Below are positions 49,593-58,884 of a stretch of 64,000 nt of DNA, piece by piece (within the stretch, counting starts at the first letter, position 1; each line of letters starts with the position of its first letter). The translations under genes were made by a program, and so were the position numbers. The stretch is from Tepidisphaera sp. (GTDB lineage Bacteria; Planctomycetota; Phycisphaerae; Phycisphaerales; UBA1924), in assembly GCA_050916045.1 (NCBI GenBank), contig CP051526.1:256001-320000 (forward strand), in the 5' to 3' direction. The notes under the pieces are model-generated. The model was given only the letters and a program-made list of their open reading frames with translations, had not been told where the DNA came from and made no database searches.

Positions 49593-51880
49593 GCCGAAGA
49601 CCCCCCCTCCGAACCCACCGCCGGCATCGCCGTCGGAAGCGTCGATGAAAGCCCCGGTGAACGCGAACCCTCCGTCGCGTTGCTGAACCGCCGCGCAAGC
49701 ACAAGCTCAACCACCCCAAGCCCGAACGCCGCGAGCAAAAGCCAGAAATCAAGCGGCGTCGATGTCTCATCCTGCGCCGTCACGCTCGAACCCGCCGGAG
49801 CCGCCCCCACATCCGCCTTGCCGGACTCCATCCACGACACCCGCCCGCGAGGCGAAAGCGGCTGAAGCCAGCGCTCAAGCTCCGGCCCCGCCACCGTGTC
49901 AACCTTCCCCGCTTCCGGATCCGGATTCACCGCCAAAAGTCCGAGCGTCCGACCAGCCGCATCCACCGTCCGAAACAGCCCCGCGTGCGCCGCCGGTGCG
50001 GGCGGAGCCACCTCCGCCGCTTCCCGCTTGCCCGCCGCCTGCCCGACCTCCACCCACCGGAACTGCGCCGCTTCTCGCGGCACAGTCATCGCCCGCCCCG
50101 CGATCGCCCTCGTCGCGCCGCTCGTCTCGCCAAGCCCCTGCCGCAGAATCTCCTGCACCACGGGCACCATCAGCGGCATCGCCGGCAGGTTCGTCCACGA
50201 AAGCTCCGGAGCCGCCGCCAGAAAAACCGCCATCCCCCGCGATGAATCCGCCGGTGGAAACGCCGCGAGCAAAAGCGGCGTCCCGTCCTCCAAACTCAGA
50301 AGCGTCCTCGAACGCTCCGCCACAGCTTCAACCCCAAGCACGCGCGAGACACGCACCGGCTTCACCAGATCCGGCAGCTCCGGGCTCAGCAGCGCGAAAA
50401 GTCCCTTGTCCGCCGCTTGCGGAACCGCCACCGCCGCCGCAGGCTCGATCGTCCGAGGCTCCTTCGCGATCGTCCAAGGCACCCCCAGCGCCCCCGTCAC
50501 ACGGTCCGACCACGTCGCCACTTCCGTCCCCGCCGCCGGCATCAGCACGATCAGCCGCCCCGCATCAAGCATCCGCCGCAAGCTCTGAAGCAGCGCCTCA
50601 TCCAACCGGTCCGGCGCCGCCACAAACACCGCATCCGCCGCAAGCACATCCGAAGCCGCCGCCGCCGACGCCGGATCCACCGTCGAAACCTCGATCTCCG
50701 CCGTCCGACGGTCCAGAGCCGTCTGCGTCGGCGCCAGCGCCAAGCTCAACCACTCCGCCGACGTGAACAAGTCCGGCCGATCGCTCGTCCCCTGCCCTCG
50801 CGCCGCCAGAATCACCACCCGCACCTGCCGTCGCGACACGATCGGCCGAAGCACCGCGTCATCCGCGTTAAGCCCGTCCGTCCCCTCCGCCACCCGCGCC
50901 GCCAACGCCAGCGCCGGCCCCTGCCGCACCAGCTCCGCCGGCACCGACAGATTCACCGCCACCGCCCCAGCCGACTGCCCCGGCGTCCAGTTCATCGTCG
51001 CAACCGCCGGCGGCGAAAGCGTCCCGTTCAGCCCCACCGCCCGAACCTCGACCGTGGTCGCGCCCGCTCCCAGTTCCCCCGACCGCCGAAGATCCACCCG
51101 CACCTGCGCCGCCGCCGGCGTTGGGTCCCCCTCCGGAGCGATCAAAAGCGACCGTACCGGCGTCGCATCCACCACCGTGATGTTCATCGCCGCCCGCTCC
51201 GCCGGAGGCGACACCACCACCCGCGTCGATTCCGGAAGATCGAGAGTCGGCATCGGCTTGGACGTGTCCGCCGTCCCCGAACGCCACGCGCTCAAGACCG
51301 CGATCGTGCTCCCGCTCCCCGTCGCAAGCTGCCGCGCCTCCCCCAGCGCCGCGGGCAGGTCCGACACGCTCTCCGTCGCCCGCACCCGCCGCAGCGCATC
51401 AAGCACCCCCGCCAGATCCGTCGACGGCGGCGAAACCACCGTCCCCGCCGGAGTCCCCGTCGTCAAAAGCGCCGCCGCATCACCCCGCGCGGACGAAAGC
51501 TCCCCAAGCAGCGCCTCCGCCCGTGCTTTCAGCCCGTCAAGCTCCGTCGACTTCCCCTCCGCCGCCAGCCCCGACGTCATGCTGTTGTCGAGCACCAAAA
51601 TCAGCGTCCGCGGACCTGCCGACGCGAAAAGCCCCGTCCCCTGAATCGCCGGACGCCCCAGCGCCACCGCAAGCACCGCCACCAGCAGGCACCGCGTCGC
51701 CAGAAGCAAAAGCTGCTCCAGCCGCGTCCGCTTCCGCTGCTGCCGGTACGCCTCGAGCAAAAACCGCATCGCCGCCCACGGCACCGGCTTCCGCCGCCGC
51801 CGCATCAAAATGTGAATCGCGATCGGGATCGCGACGCATGCCAAGCCGGCCAGCAACAGGGTTGGATTCAGAAATGCCAT
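49589..51880 (-). CDS. BatA N-terminal double-TM domain + vWA protein
   Basis: FLNP...IPIAIHIL...WAAMRFL...LLLLATR; LVLDNSMT. Confidence 0.88.
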   Translation of the reverse strand: MAFLNPTLLLAGLACVAIPIAIHILMRRRRKPVPWAAMRFLLEAYRQQRKRTRLEQLLLLATRCLLVAVLAVALGRPAIQGTGLFASAGPRTLILVLDNSMTSGLAAEGKSTELDGLKARAEALLGELSSARGDAAALLTTGTPAGTVVSPPSTDLAGVLDALRRVRATESVSDLPAALGEARQLATGSGSTIAVLSAWRSGTADTSKPMPTLDLPESTRVVVSPPAERAAMNITVVDATPVRSLLIAPEGDPTPAAAQVRVDLRRSGELGAGATTVEVRAVGLNGTLSPPAVATMNWTPGQSAGAVAVNLSVPAELVRQGPALALAARVAEGTDGLNADDAVLRPIVSRRQVRVVILAARGQGTSDRPDLFTSAEWLSLALAPTQTALDRRTAEIEVSTVDPASAAAASDVLAADAVFVAAPDRLDEALLQSLRRMLDAGRLIVLMPAAGTEVATWSDRVTGALGVPWTIAKEPRTIEPAAAVAVPQAADKGLFALLSPELPDLVKPVRVSRVLGVEAVAERSRTLLSLEDGTPLLLAAFPPADSSRGMAVFLAAAPELSWTNLPAMPLMVPVVQEILRQGLGETSGATRAIAGRAMTVPREAAQFRWVEVGQAAGKREAAEVAPPAPAAHAGLFRTVDAAGRTLGLLAVNPDPEAGKVDTVAGPELERWLQPLSPRGRVSWMESGKADVGAAPAGSSVTAQDETSTPLDFWLLLAAFGLGVVELVLARRFSNATEGSRSPGLSSTLPTAMPAVGSEGGSSA

Positions 51881-51892
51881 GCGTCTGCCGTC

Positions 51893-52915
51893 TTACCCCG
51901 ACTTGGACTTGCGCATCTGCGCGTTGCGACGAGCCACGAACGCCGCCAGCGTCGGCCCCAGGAAATCATGCGTGTGCACGATGTGATGATCAAACCCGAA
52001 CCCCCGCGCCAACCGCTCCATCTCCGTCAGGTGCTTGCGGAAAGCCTCCAAATACCCCTCCCGCAGCGCCCGCGGGTCGATCTTCACCATCTCCTCCCCC
52101 TCCATCCCCATGAACGGCGCCGCATCCTTGAACGGGAAATCAAGCTCCGCCTGATCAAGCACCTGGAACGCGATCAGGTCGTGCCCCGCGTGTTTCACAC
52201 GCGCAAACGCGTCCCGCACCTTCTCCGGATCCTGAAACAGATCCGACACCACCACCATGATGCACTTGTTGTTGATGTTCCCCAGGATCTGGTCCACCGC
52301 CCGCCGCAGGTCCGTCGGCCTCGGGTCCCCGCCCGGGGTCTGGTCCGGGTGCGTCGCCAGCGCCGACACGATCGGTCGCCACGCCGACTGCCCGCCCGAC
52401 CGCCGGATGTGGAGCCGCACCTCGTCCGCAAAGACCATCAAACCGACCCGGTCCCCCTGCCTCAGCGTGATGTACGCCATGGCCGCCGCCAGCGCCGTCG
52501 CATGGTCGAACTTCGTCCAGTTGCTCCGCCCGTCCAGCGACACCTCGCGCCCCGACCCGGACGCTTCCGCGAACATCCGCGTCCCGAAGTTCATCGACCC
52601 CGACGAATCCACGAGCAGCAGCAGGTCCAGGTTCGTCTCCTGCTGGTACTGCTTGATGTTCAGCCGGTCCGACCTCGCGTAGACCTTCCAGTCCAGGTGC
52701 CGGATGTCATCCCCCGGCACGTACGGCCGGTGCTGAGCGAACTCGACCGAGTACCCCTGGAACGGCGACCGATGCTGCCCCGACGAGAGCCCCTCGATGA
52801 TGATCTTCGCCCGAAGCTCGAACGAGCCCAGCCGCGCCAGCGTCTGCGGGTGCAGATACATCGACGCATCGACGCTCTCGCCCGGACCCGCGGGGTTGGA
52901 TGAAAAGCCGCTCAT
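51893..52915 (-). CDS. DUF58 domain protein (MoxR-associated)
   Basis: GQHRSPFQGYSVEFAQHRPYVPGDDIRHLDWKVYAR, VDSSGSM, GDRVGL, VSD. Confidence 0.95.
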   Translation of the reverse strand: MSGFSSNPAGPGESVDASMYLHPQTLARLGSFELRAKIIIEGLSSGQHRSPFQGYSVEFAQHRPYVPGDDIRHLDWKVYARSDRLNIKQYQQETNLDLLLLVDSSGSMNFGTRMFAEASGSGREVSLDGRSNWTKFDHATALAAAMAYITLRQGDRVGLMVFADEVRLHIRRSGGQSAWRPIVSALATHPDQTPGGDPRPTDLRRAVDQILGNINNKCIMVVVSDLFQDPEKVRDAFARVKHAGHDLIAFQVLDQAELDFPFKDAAPFMGMEGEEMVKIDPRALREGYLEAFRKHLTEMERLARGFGFDHHIVHTHDFLGPTLAAFVARRNAQMRKSKSG

Positions 52916-52944
52916 GCTCACGCATGGTATCGGCCCGAGACCAA

Positions 52945-53084
52945 ACGAGCCCGCAGCGCCAGCAAGGGTGTCTCAGCAGGCTCCCAGCCACCAGCAAGCG
53001 TTCGCCCCCCCTACGAGCCCGCAGCGCCAGCAAGGGACTTCTACGCCCCCCTGCGAGCCCGCTGCGCCAGCATGGGACCTCTAC
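52945..53084. repeat. REP-like short repeats, 3 copies of CGAGCCCGC(A/T)GCGCCAGCA(A/T)GGG
   Basis: Copies at 52945-52968, 53013-53036, 53053-53076; the last two form a 40-bp tandem. Confidence 0.85.
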
Positions 53085-54313
53085 GCCGCCAGTTTCCGCA
53101 GGTGGTCCTCGATCGAAGCCGCTTCGTCCCGAGAATCCACCTCGAGCGAGAACGCCGAGCGGATCTGCTGCACCGCGTGACCCGCGCCCGGTGAGGGCAC
53201 CACGCGGCAGCTTGCGATCCGCTCGCCTTCGGGCGTCACCAGGTACGCCGTCGTGCTCCCCGGCTGGTCGGGCGCAAGCTCGATCTGGCACCCGCCCAAG
53301 CGGAACCGCTGCGGCTTGGCCCGCGCCGGCGTCGCCGCCGTCCGCGTCAACGTCTCGTCAAGCACCCGCGCCAGCTGTACATGCACCACATCCGGAAGCT
53401 GGTCCAGGTCCGTCAGCGTGTCCGCCATTCCCGTGAAAAGCGACATCGTGTTCTTGTAATCACCCGCCGCCGACGTCACAAGCTGGCTGAGCTGCTGCTC
53501 ATCGCATCCCAGCACCCGCGCCGCGAGCGCGGGCATCGGCGCCGAGTCCCGAGGCATCCGCGTCCGCTGGTCAAGGTCCAGCGTCCCCACATAGAACGCG
53601 ATCCGCCGCAGGATGCTGTCGGGGTCGTTCGCCAAGCTGTCCGCCGGCGGCGTGTGGTGCCAGATCAGCGGCCGCGCCAGAAGCGGCGGCAGCTTCCAAC
53701 GCCGCGCCAGCGTCGCCACAAGGTCGATGTGCGTGAACGGCAGCGAGTGAAACTCCCGATGGAACCGCTTGGCAGGCGGCAGCTTCTCGCGGTCGATCTC
53801 AAGGAACGCTTCGCCCCAAAGCTTCTGCATCAGCGGTATGCCCGCGTCGAGCATCAGCCCGATCAGGAACGCTTCCACCGTGTACTCGGGCGCAAGCCGC
53901 CGCGCCAGGTTGGTCGCAAAGCACGCCCGGAAGACCGATTCCCCCCAGACGCGACGCGAAAGCTCATGCCCCGCGTCCGATGTCGCCGCCCGGCTCAGAT
54001 AAAAACCCAAGCTGAACGCCCGGAGCCGCTCGATCCCAAGCAGCACGCACGCCCGCTCCAGGCTCGTCACCGGAGTGATCTGGGCGAAGAGCGCCGAATT
54101 CGCAAGCCGCAGCAGCCGGCCCGAAAGCGACACGTCGTTCTTGATGATCTTCGAGTATTCAGAAAGCTGCGCGTCCTGCTTGTTCACCAGGTCCAGGATC
54201 TTGACCGCGACCTCCGGCTGCGTTTCGATCCCGACGCGGTCGAGCTTCCCGTCCAGGTGGACGTAGAGAGCTTCGACTTCGGCAGCCGAGATTTCGAATC
54301 GCTTTTTCCGCAC
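53081..54313 (-). CDS. HDOD domain signal-transduction protein
   Basis: DVSLSGRLLRLANSALF...SLERACVLLG, AFLIGLMLDAG, WKLP...WHH. Confidence 0.88.
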   Translation of the reverse strand: MRKKRFEISAAEVEALYVHLDGKLDRVGIETQPEVAVKILDLVNKQDAQLSEYSKIIKNDVSLSGRLLRLANSALFAQITPVTSLERACVLLGIERLRAFSLGFYLSRAATSDAGHELSRRVWGESVFRACFATNLARRLAPEYTVEAFLIGLMLDAGIPLMQKLWGEAFLEIDREKLPPAKRFHREFHSLPFTHIDLVATLARRWKLPPLLARPLIWHHTPPADSLANDPDSILRRIAFYVGTLDLDQRTRMPRDSAPMPALAARVLGCDEQQLSQLVTSAAGDYKNTMSLFTGMADTLTDLDQLPDVVHVQLARVLDETLTRTAATPARAKPQRFRLGGCQIELAPDQPGSTTAYLVTPEGERIASCRVVPSPGAGHAVQQIRSAFSLEVDSRDEAASIEDHLRKLAA

Positions 54314-54457
54314 GCGACAGCTTCCCCTTGGACGACCCCTTGCATCGGCACACGCCCCCGACGGCCCCCATGTGGGGATCGCCAACGCTCCGCTTGGCTG
54401 CCGGTTGCCGATCCTGTGCCGGTCGTGACGGTTATGCCGCGACCGGTTTGCGGACCT

Positions 54458-55180
54458 TCACGGCTGAAGCCGTGTCGCCGACCACGCCCCGGCCGCGAAG
54501 TTGCTCCCTTCCGGCGTCAGCGTCCGGTCCCACCGGGCCCGGTCATGGACGCGTCCCTTCCCACCCTGCCAAAGCTCGATCGATTCGGCCCAAAGCCTGT
54601 ACCCGCCCCAGTGCGGCGGCCGCGGGATGCTGACATCGCGCCCCGCGAGGAGGCCGAGGGCTTCGAGGCCCATGTTGCCCATGATGTGCTGGGCGGCGGC
54701 GCGGCCGACCTTGTTCAAGAGTTCGCCGCGCGAGGCGATCGGCTTGCTCTGGTCGCTCGCCCACGCGCCGAGCCTGCTCTGCCAGTGGCGGGTCTTGAAG
54801 TACGCGTCGCTTTCCTCGTCGGTCACGCGGACGACGGGGCCCTCGATGCGGACCTGGCGGTCGGTGTCGTCCCAGTGGAAGAGGACGGCGGCCCGCCAGG
54901 ACGTCTCGATCTCGCCCGCTTTGCGGCTTGTGTAGTTTGTGTAAAACTCGAGAGAGCCGCCCGCGACGTCGATCCCCTTGCAAAGCACGGTCCGCACGCT
55001 CGGCTTGCCGTCCGCAGCCGCGGTGGCGAGGTACATGCAGTTGGGGTTGGCCTGTTTCTTCGCGGCGACGGCTTCGTCGAACCAGGCTTTGAAAAGCGGG
55101 ACCGGGTCCGCCGGCAGCTGGTCGGGGAGCGGGCGTTCGTGGACGAACTTGTCGAGGAGTTTGAGCAGGGCGTCGGTCAT
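54458..55180 (-). CDS. pdxH: Pyridoxine/pyridoxamine 5'-phosphate oxidase
   Basis: PSVRTVLCK, FYTNYTSRK, RQVRIEG, YFKTR, WASDQS, WGGYR, RVHDR. Confidence 0.95.
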   Translation of the reverse strand: MTDALLKLLDKFVHERPLPDQLPADPVPLFKAWFDEAVAAKKQANPNCMYLATAAADGKPSVRTVLCKGIDVAGGSLEFYTNYTSRKAGEIETSWRAAVLFHWDDTDRQVRIEGPVVRVTDEESDAYFKTRHWQSRLGAWASDQSKPIASRGELLNKVGRAAAQHIMGNMGLEALGLLAGRDVSIPRPPHWGGYRLWAESIELWQGGKGRVHDRARWDRTLTPEGSNFAAGAWSATRLQP

Positions 55181-55279
55181 GCGGAAGTGTAGTGAACTCG
55201 CGGTGCTCGATCGCTCGCGCGATCGTCTCTTTGCGGGACGCTGGCTACATTCAGGGCACACCACTTTTGAAAGGTTCCC

Positions 55280-55675
55280 ATGGTCACCCTCGCCGACGCC
55301 CGCCGCATCATCGCCGCCGCTGAGAAGAAAGCCGCCGCCATCGGTCAACCCATGAACATCGCCGTCGCCGACGCCGGCGGCAACCTCGTCGCCCACGTCC
55401 GCATGGACGACGCGTGGATCGGGTCGGTCGATATCTCGATCAAGAAGGCGTACACCTCGCGGGCCTTTGACATCGCGACCAAGGACCTCGCCAAGCACAG
55501 CCAGTCCGGCAAGCAGTTCTTCGGCATCCACGCGAGCAACGACGGCCGCATCATGATCTTCGCCGGCGGCATCCCGCTCAAGAAGGGCGGCAAGGTCGTC
55601 GGCGCCATCGGCGTCAGCGGCGGCTCGGGCGAGCAGGACCACGCCGTCGCCGAAGCCGGCGCGAAAGCGTTCTAA
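55280..55675 (+). CDS. GlcG/HbpS-family heme-binding protein
   Basis: IAVADAGG, RMD, KAYTS, GGIPL, GAIGVSGG...QD. Confidence 0.92.
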   Translation: MVTLADARRIIAAAEKKAAAIGQPMNIAVADAGGNLVAHVRMDDAWIGSVDISIKKAYTSRAFDIATKDLAKHSQSGKQFFGIHASNDGRIMIFAGGIPLKKGGKVVGAIGVSGGSGEQDHAVAEAGAKAF

Positions 55676-55715
55676 AGCGAGCAGCTCGCGTTCAAGGACA
55701 ATCTGAATACGGAAT

Positions 55716-55756
55716 CCCCGCACCGTGAGAGAATCACGGTCGCGGGGTTTTCTTTC
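55716..55756 (+). terminator. Intrinsic terminator
   Basis: CCCCGCACCGTGA-gagaa-TCACGGTCGCGGGG followed by TTTTCTTT. Confidence 0.8.
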
Positions 55757-55779
55757 GCGTTCGCGGAGGGCTCGTTCGC

Positions 55780-56211
55780 TTAGAGCGCGACGGCTTTGAG
55801 CGAGACTTCGATGTTGTTGCGGGTGGCGCGGGAGTAGGGGCAGACCTGGTGGGCGGCTTCGACGAGCGCGTGGGCTTCGGCCTGCGAGACGCCCTTCATG
55901 CTGACGGTGAGGTCGACCTTGAGCTGGAAGTTTCCTTCGTCGGTGGTGCCGAAGCCGACGGCGGCGTCGACGGTGATGTCCGTCGCCTTGACCTGCTTCT
56001 TGGTGGCGACGAAGTCGACCGCGCCGCCGAAGCAGGCCGCGTAGCCGCAGGCGAAGAGGTCTTCCGGCGTCGTCGTGTTCGGCTTGCCGGGGCCGCCCAT
56101 GGCTTTGGGCACGGAGAGATCGACGGAGATGAGGCCGTCGGAAGACTGAGCGTGGCCGTTGCGGCCGCCGGTGGCTTTGGCGTGAGCGGTGAAGAGAATC
56201 TTAACGGCCAT
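55780..56211 (-). CDS. ohr: Organic hydroperoxide resistance protein
   Basis: ATGGRNG, TTPEDLFACGYAACF, AHQVCPYSRATRNNI. Confidence 0.95.
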   Translation of the reverse strand: MAVKILFTAHAKATGGRNGHAQSSDGLISVDLSVPKAMGGPGKPNTTTPEDLFACGYAACFGGAVDFVATKKQVKATDITVDAAVGFGTTDEGNFQLKVDLTVSMKGVSQAEAHALVEAAHQVCPYSRATRNNIEVSLKAVAL

Positions 56212-56267
56212 GGGGTGGTTCCTTGGGTTTGGCGTGATGGAGAATGAGCAACAAGGATACGCGTCGG

Positions 56268-56699
56268 CTATCTTGCGGACTGATCGAATTCCTTCCGCAC
56301 AGCGTCGGCGGCGAGCCGTTGGATGTCCGACTGATGCGAGGTGTAGGCACGGAACGTGATCATGCTGACCCACGTGTACTTCCAACCCTTGAAGCTCACG
56401 GTTCTTTCGCGGTCTTCCCGATCACCGAAAGGGCTGATCTCGATGCTCACGAAGCGAGCGGCTTGAAACTTGTCCTGCCGTTCGAGATAACGCACATCGA
56501 GCGTTCCTTCCTCCGGCTGCTCGCCGTACGTGCCGGTCGCGTTCTCCTCGACCTGGAAGCCTGCTCGCAGGACGGCGTCCCGCGTCCGACCGTAAACCTC
56601 GGCGGACGAACCGTGAGCGTCAACGTGCGTCGAGCAGCCAGTGGCGATGGGAACGCTCACCATTGCGACGAACAGAAGTTTCTTGAGCCTTCGTTTCAT
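56268..56699 (-). CDS. Hypothetical lipoprotein
   Basis: MKRRLKK + hydrophobic stretch + ATGC lipobox; ATGA overlap. Confidence 0.7.
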   Translation of the reverse strand: MKRRLKKLLFVAMVSVPIATGCSTHVDAHGSSAEVYGRTRDAVLRAGFQVEENATGTYGEQPEEGTLDVRYLERQDKFQAARFVSIEISPFGDREDRERTVSFKGWKYTWVSMITFRAYTSHQSDIQRLAADAVRKEFDQSAR

Positions 56700-57481
56700 C
56701 GGACGTTCTCTCTCAAGGCCCAGTCCATCCCGTTTCGAAGCAGAGCGCGGAACGATGGACTCTCGAAATCTTCCGGGTGGCCGAGGGTGGTCATGAAGAC
56801 TCGGCCGTTCCATGGGGTCTCTCGGGTCCAGGCGACGGGGCTTGGGCGGCGGGAGGGGACTTGCCGGCTTTGGGCGTCGCAGGATTGGCCCATGAGCAGG
56901 ATGCGAGCGCCGGGGGGCGGGAAGCGGCCTTCGAGGTCGTAAAGCCAGGAGCGGACGTGGAACGCGGGCTCGACGCCCTTGAGAAGCGGGTCGTTCGCCG
57001 CGCCGGGGGCGTGCGTGACGTCGGTCGTGGAGTCGTGGCCGAAGTGGCGGATCCATGGGGCTCCGAGGACGCGTTCGCCAAAGCCGTTCCATTCCTCGAG
57101 CGGGTGGCCTTGCGGGTACGCGAAAGCGTGGGTGCTGGTGCGGAGGCCGACGATGGGGCCGCCGCGTTTGAGATAGCGGTCCAGGTGCGCGACCTGTTCG
57201 GCGGGGAGCGTGCGGAAGCGCAGGTAGATGACGATGAGGTCGGCGCGGTCGAGGGCTTCGAGGCCGGGGATGTTGCTCGGGTTGGACTGGTCGGGGGCGC
57301 TGGTCAGGAGCGTCGTCGCCCAGCCGCGAGCCTGGGCGTCCTTGGCGAGCGAGGCGAGCGTGACTTCGGAGCGGTACTCATCCTCGGCGGCGATGAAGAC
57401 GACGTGCGGCTTGGGTGCTGATGAGCATGCGGTGAGAGGCAGTGTGCACAAGAAACAGAGGATGAGCAGCGCGATTCGCAT
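56696..57481 (-). CDS. ThuA-like (class I GATase-like) domain lipoprotein
   Basis: LTAC lipobox; EDEYRSE, IPGLEAL, GLRTSTHAF, RVFMTTLGHPEDF. Confidence 0.85.
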   Translation of the reverse strand: MRIALLILCFLCTLPLTACSSAPKPHVVFIAAEDEYRSEVTLASLAKDAQARGWATTLLTSAPDQSNPSNIPGLEALDRADLIVIYLRFRTLPAEQVAHLDRYLKRGGPIVGLRTSTHAFAYPQGHPLEEWNGFGERVLGAPWIRHFGHDSTTDVTHAPGAANDPLLKGVEPAFHVRSWLYDLEGRFPPPGARILLMGQSCDAQSRQVPSRRPSPVAWTRETPWNGRVFMTTLGHPEDFESPSFRALLRNGMDWALRENVR

Positions 57482-57503
57482 GGGCAAATCGTACCAGAAG
57501 GGT

Positions 57504-58193
57504 TCAGGGCAGCACGATGGGTTCGGGCGGGCCGGGGAAGTGCGGCTTGACGCCGAGGACTTTGGTATCGAGGACGGCTTTGGCGCGGGCGAGGGTTTCG
57601 CGGGTGCGGATGAGGAGGCCGTGGGCGCCGCCGACATCGCGAGCGGCGAAGCCGATGGCGTCGATGCCGTGGCTTTGGGCGATGAAGATCGCCCGGGCAT
57701 CGTGGAACTCTTGCGAGATGATGGTGAGGCGGGACTGGCCGAAGACGTCCTTGGCCCGGACGACCGAGTCGAGCGTGCGGAAGCCGGCGTAGTCGCGGGT
57801 GATCGCGGATGCGGGGACGCCCTGGGCGATGAGGGCTTCGAGCATGGCTGTGGGCTCGTCGTAGTCCGCGCGGCGGTTGTCGCCGGAGACGATGAGGTGG
57901 CGGACCTTGCCGAGCTTGTAGAGGTCGGCGGCGGCTTCGATGCGGGCGGTAAAGAAGAGGTTGGGGCGGCCGCTCGTGGTGGGGCTGGTGCCGAGCACGA
58001 GGCCGACATCACGCGCGGGGACATCGGAAGCCACGAAATAGATGCGGCCCGACGCGGCGGACGCGATCCAGCGGTCGCAGGCGATCGCTCCGAGCGCGAG
58101 AGCGGCGGCGGCGGAGAGCGCGAGGATGGCGAGACGCCTAGGGCGGAGCCAGGCGCGGAGGCGGTGGTGGGGGTTGGGGCGCGCGGGGAGCAT
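57504..58193 (-). CDS. SanA/ElyC/YdcF (DUF218) family protein
   Basis: LVLGTS, IVSGDN, YDEP, DYAGFRTLDSVVRA, SQEFH, RETLAR. Confidence 0.92.
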   Translation of the reverse strand: MLPARPNPHHRLRAWLRPRRLAILALSAAAALALGAIACDRWIASAASGRIYFVASDVPARDVGLVLGTSPTTSGRPNLFFTARIEAAADLYKLGKVRHLIVSGDNRRADYDEPTAMLEALIAQGVPASAITRDYAGFRTLDSVVRAKDVFGQSRLTIISQEFHDARAIFIAQSHGIDAIGFAARDVGGAHGLLIRTRETLARAKAVLDTKVLGVKPHFPGPPEPIVLP

Positions 58194-58225
58194 GCCGGAG
58201 TATCGGCATGCGCTGCGTGGGAAGG

Positions 58226-58741
58226 TCAGCGGGGGCTGGGCGGGTGTGATCTGCGGGGAGCGGGCTTGGGTTCGAGGAGGAGCGTGCTTGGTTCGGAAGC
58301 GTGAGGGTCGGGTGTGTGGTGTCGGGCGGTCGCGGAAGTCGGGGTGCTTTGTGAGGATTCGGAGGGTTCTTCGGCGGGGCGACACGCCCCGGCTCGCGGG
58401 GGGCGTGGGGTGCGCGGGCTTTGCATCTGGGTGGTGAGCCGGGCGAGGGCGGTGGCGGCGCGGCGGGTCTCGATGGTGGAGGGAGCGTCGAGGATGGACT
58501 GGTGGAGGTGGCCGGCAGCGCCGGCTTGGTGTTGGCGAGCGGCGATGCGTTGGTGGCGTTGCTGGAGACTTTCGAAGGCGTCGAGGGTCTCGACGACGAC
58601 GGGGTCTTTGGCGAAGGCGAGGAACTGGGCGGGCGTGAGGCTGTGCTTGGCGATGAGGTCTTCGATGCGGAAGTTGAGCTCGAAGAGATCGGCGAGGAGG
58701 GTGTCGTGGGAGGGGGAGGTGATTGGCTGGCGCGTGGTCAT
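58226..58741 (-). CDS. Hypothetical helical protein with disordered tail
   Basis: Coding-like C-ending codons; ETRRAATALARL. Confidence 0.55.
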   Translation of the reverse strand: MTTRQPITSPSHDTLLADLFELNFRIEDLIAKHSLTPAQFLAFAKDPVVVETLDAFESLQQRHQRIAARQHQAGAAGHLHQSILDAPSTIETRRAATALARLTTQMQSPRTPRPPRAGACRPAEEPSESSQSTPTSATARHHTPDPHASEPSTLLLEPKPAPRRSHPPSPR

Positions 58742-58884
58742 GCGAAAGCAATCATGGTCGCGGGGTTTTTCTTTCGGGGCGCGGAGAGGTTGTGAGTGGA
58801 GTGGCGGGGTATGTGCGCACGGGGGTGGAAAGTGCGGGGAGAAATCCGAACTTGCATTGTGGCGCATCGGCCAGGTCCGTTGTG

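Noticed and set aside
43360..52903. Very long Arg/Pro/His-rich + strand ORFs (also 4770-7169, 8359-10035, 19626-22199 and others)
   Set aside because: Antisense or off-frame shadows of well-supported genes, typical of high-GC DNA
54000..56800. Replication origin at the skew switch
   Set aside because: No dnaA/dnaN, no DnaA-box cluster and no AT-rich unwinding region were seen; the region is gene-dense
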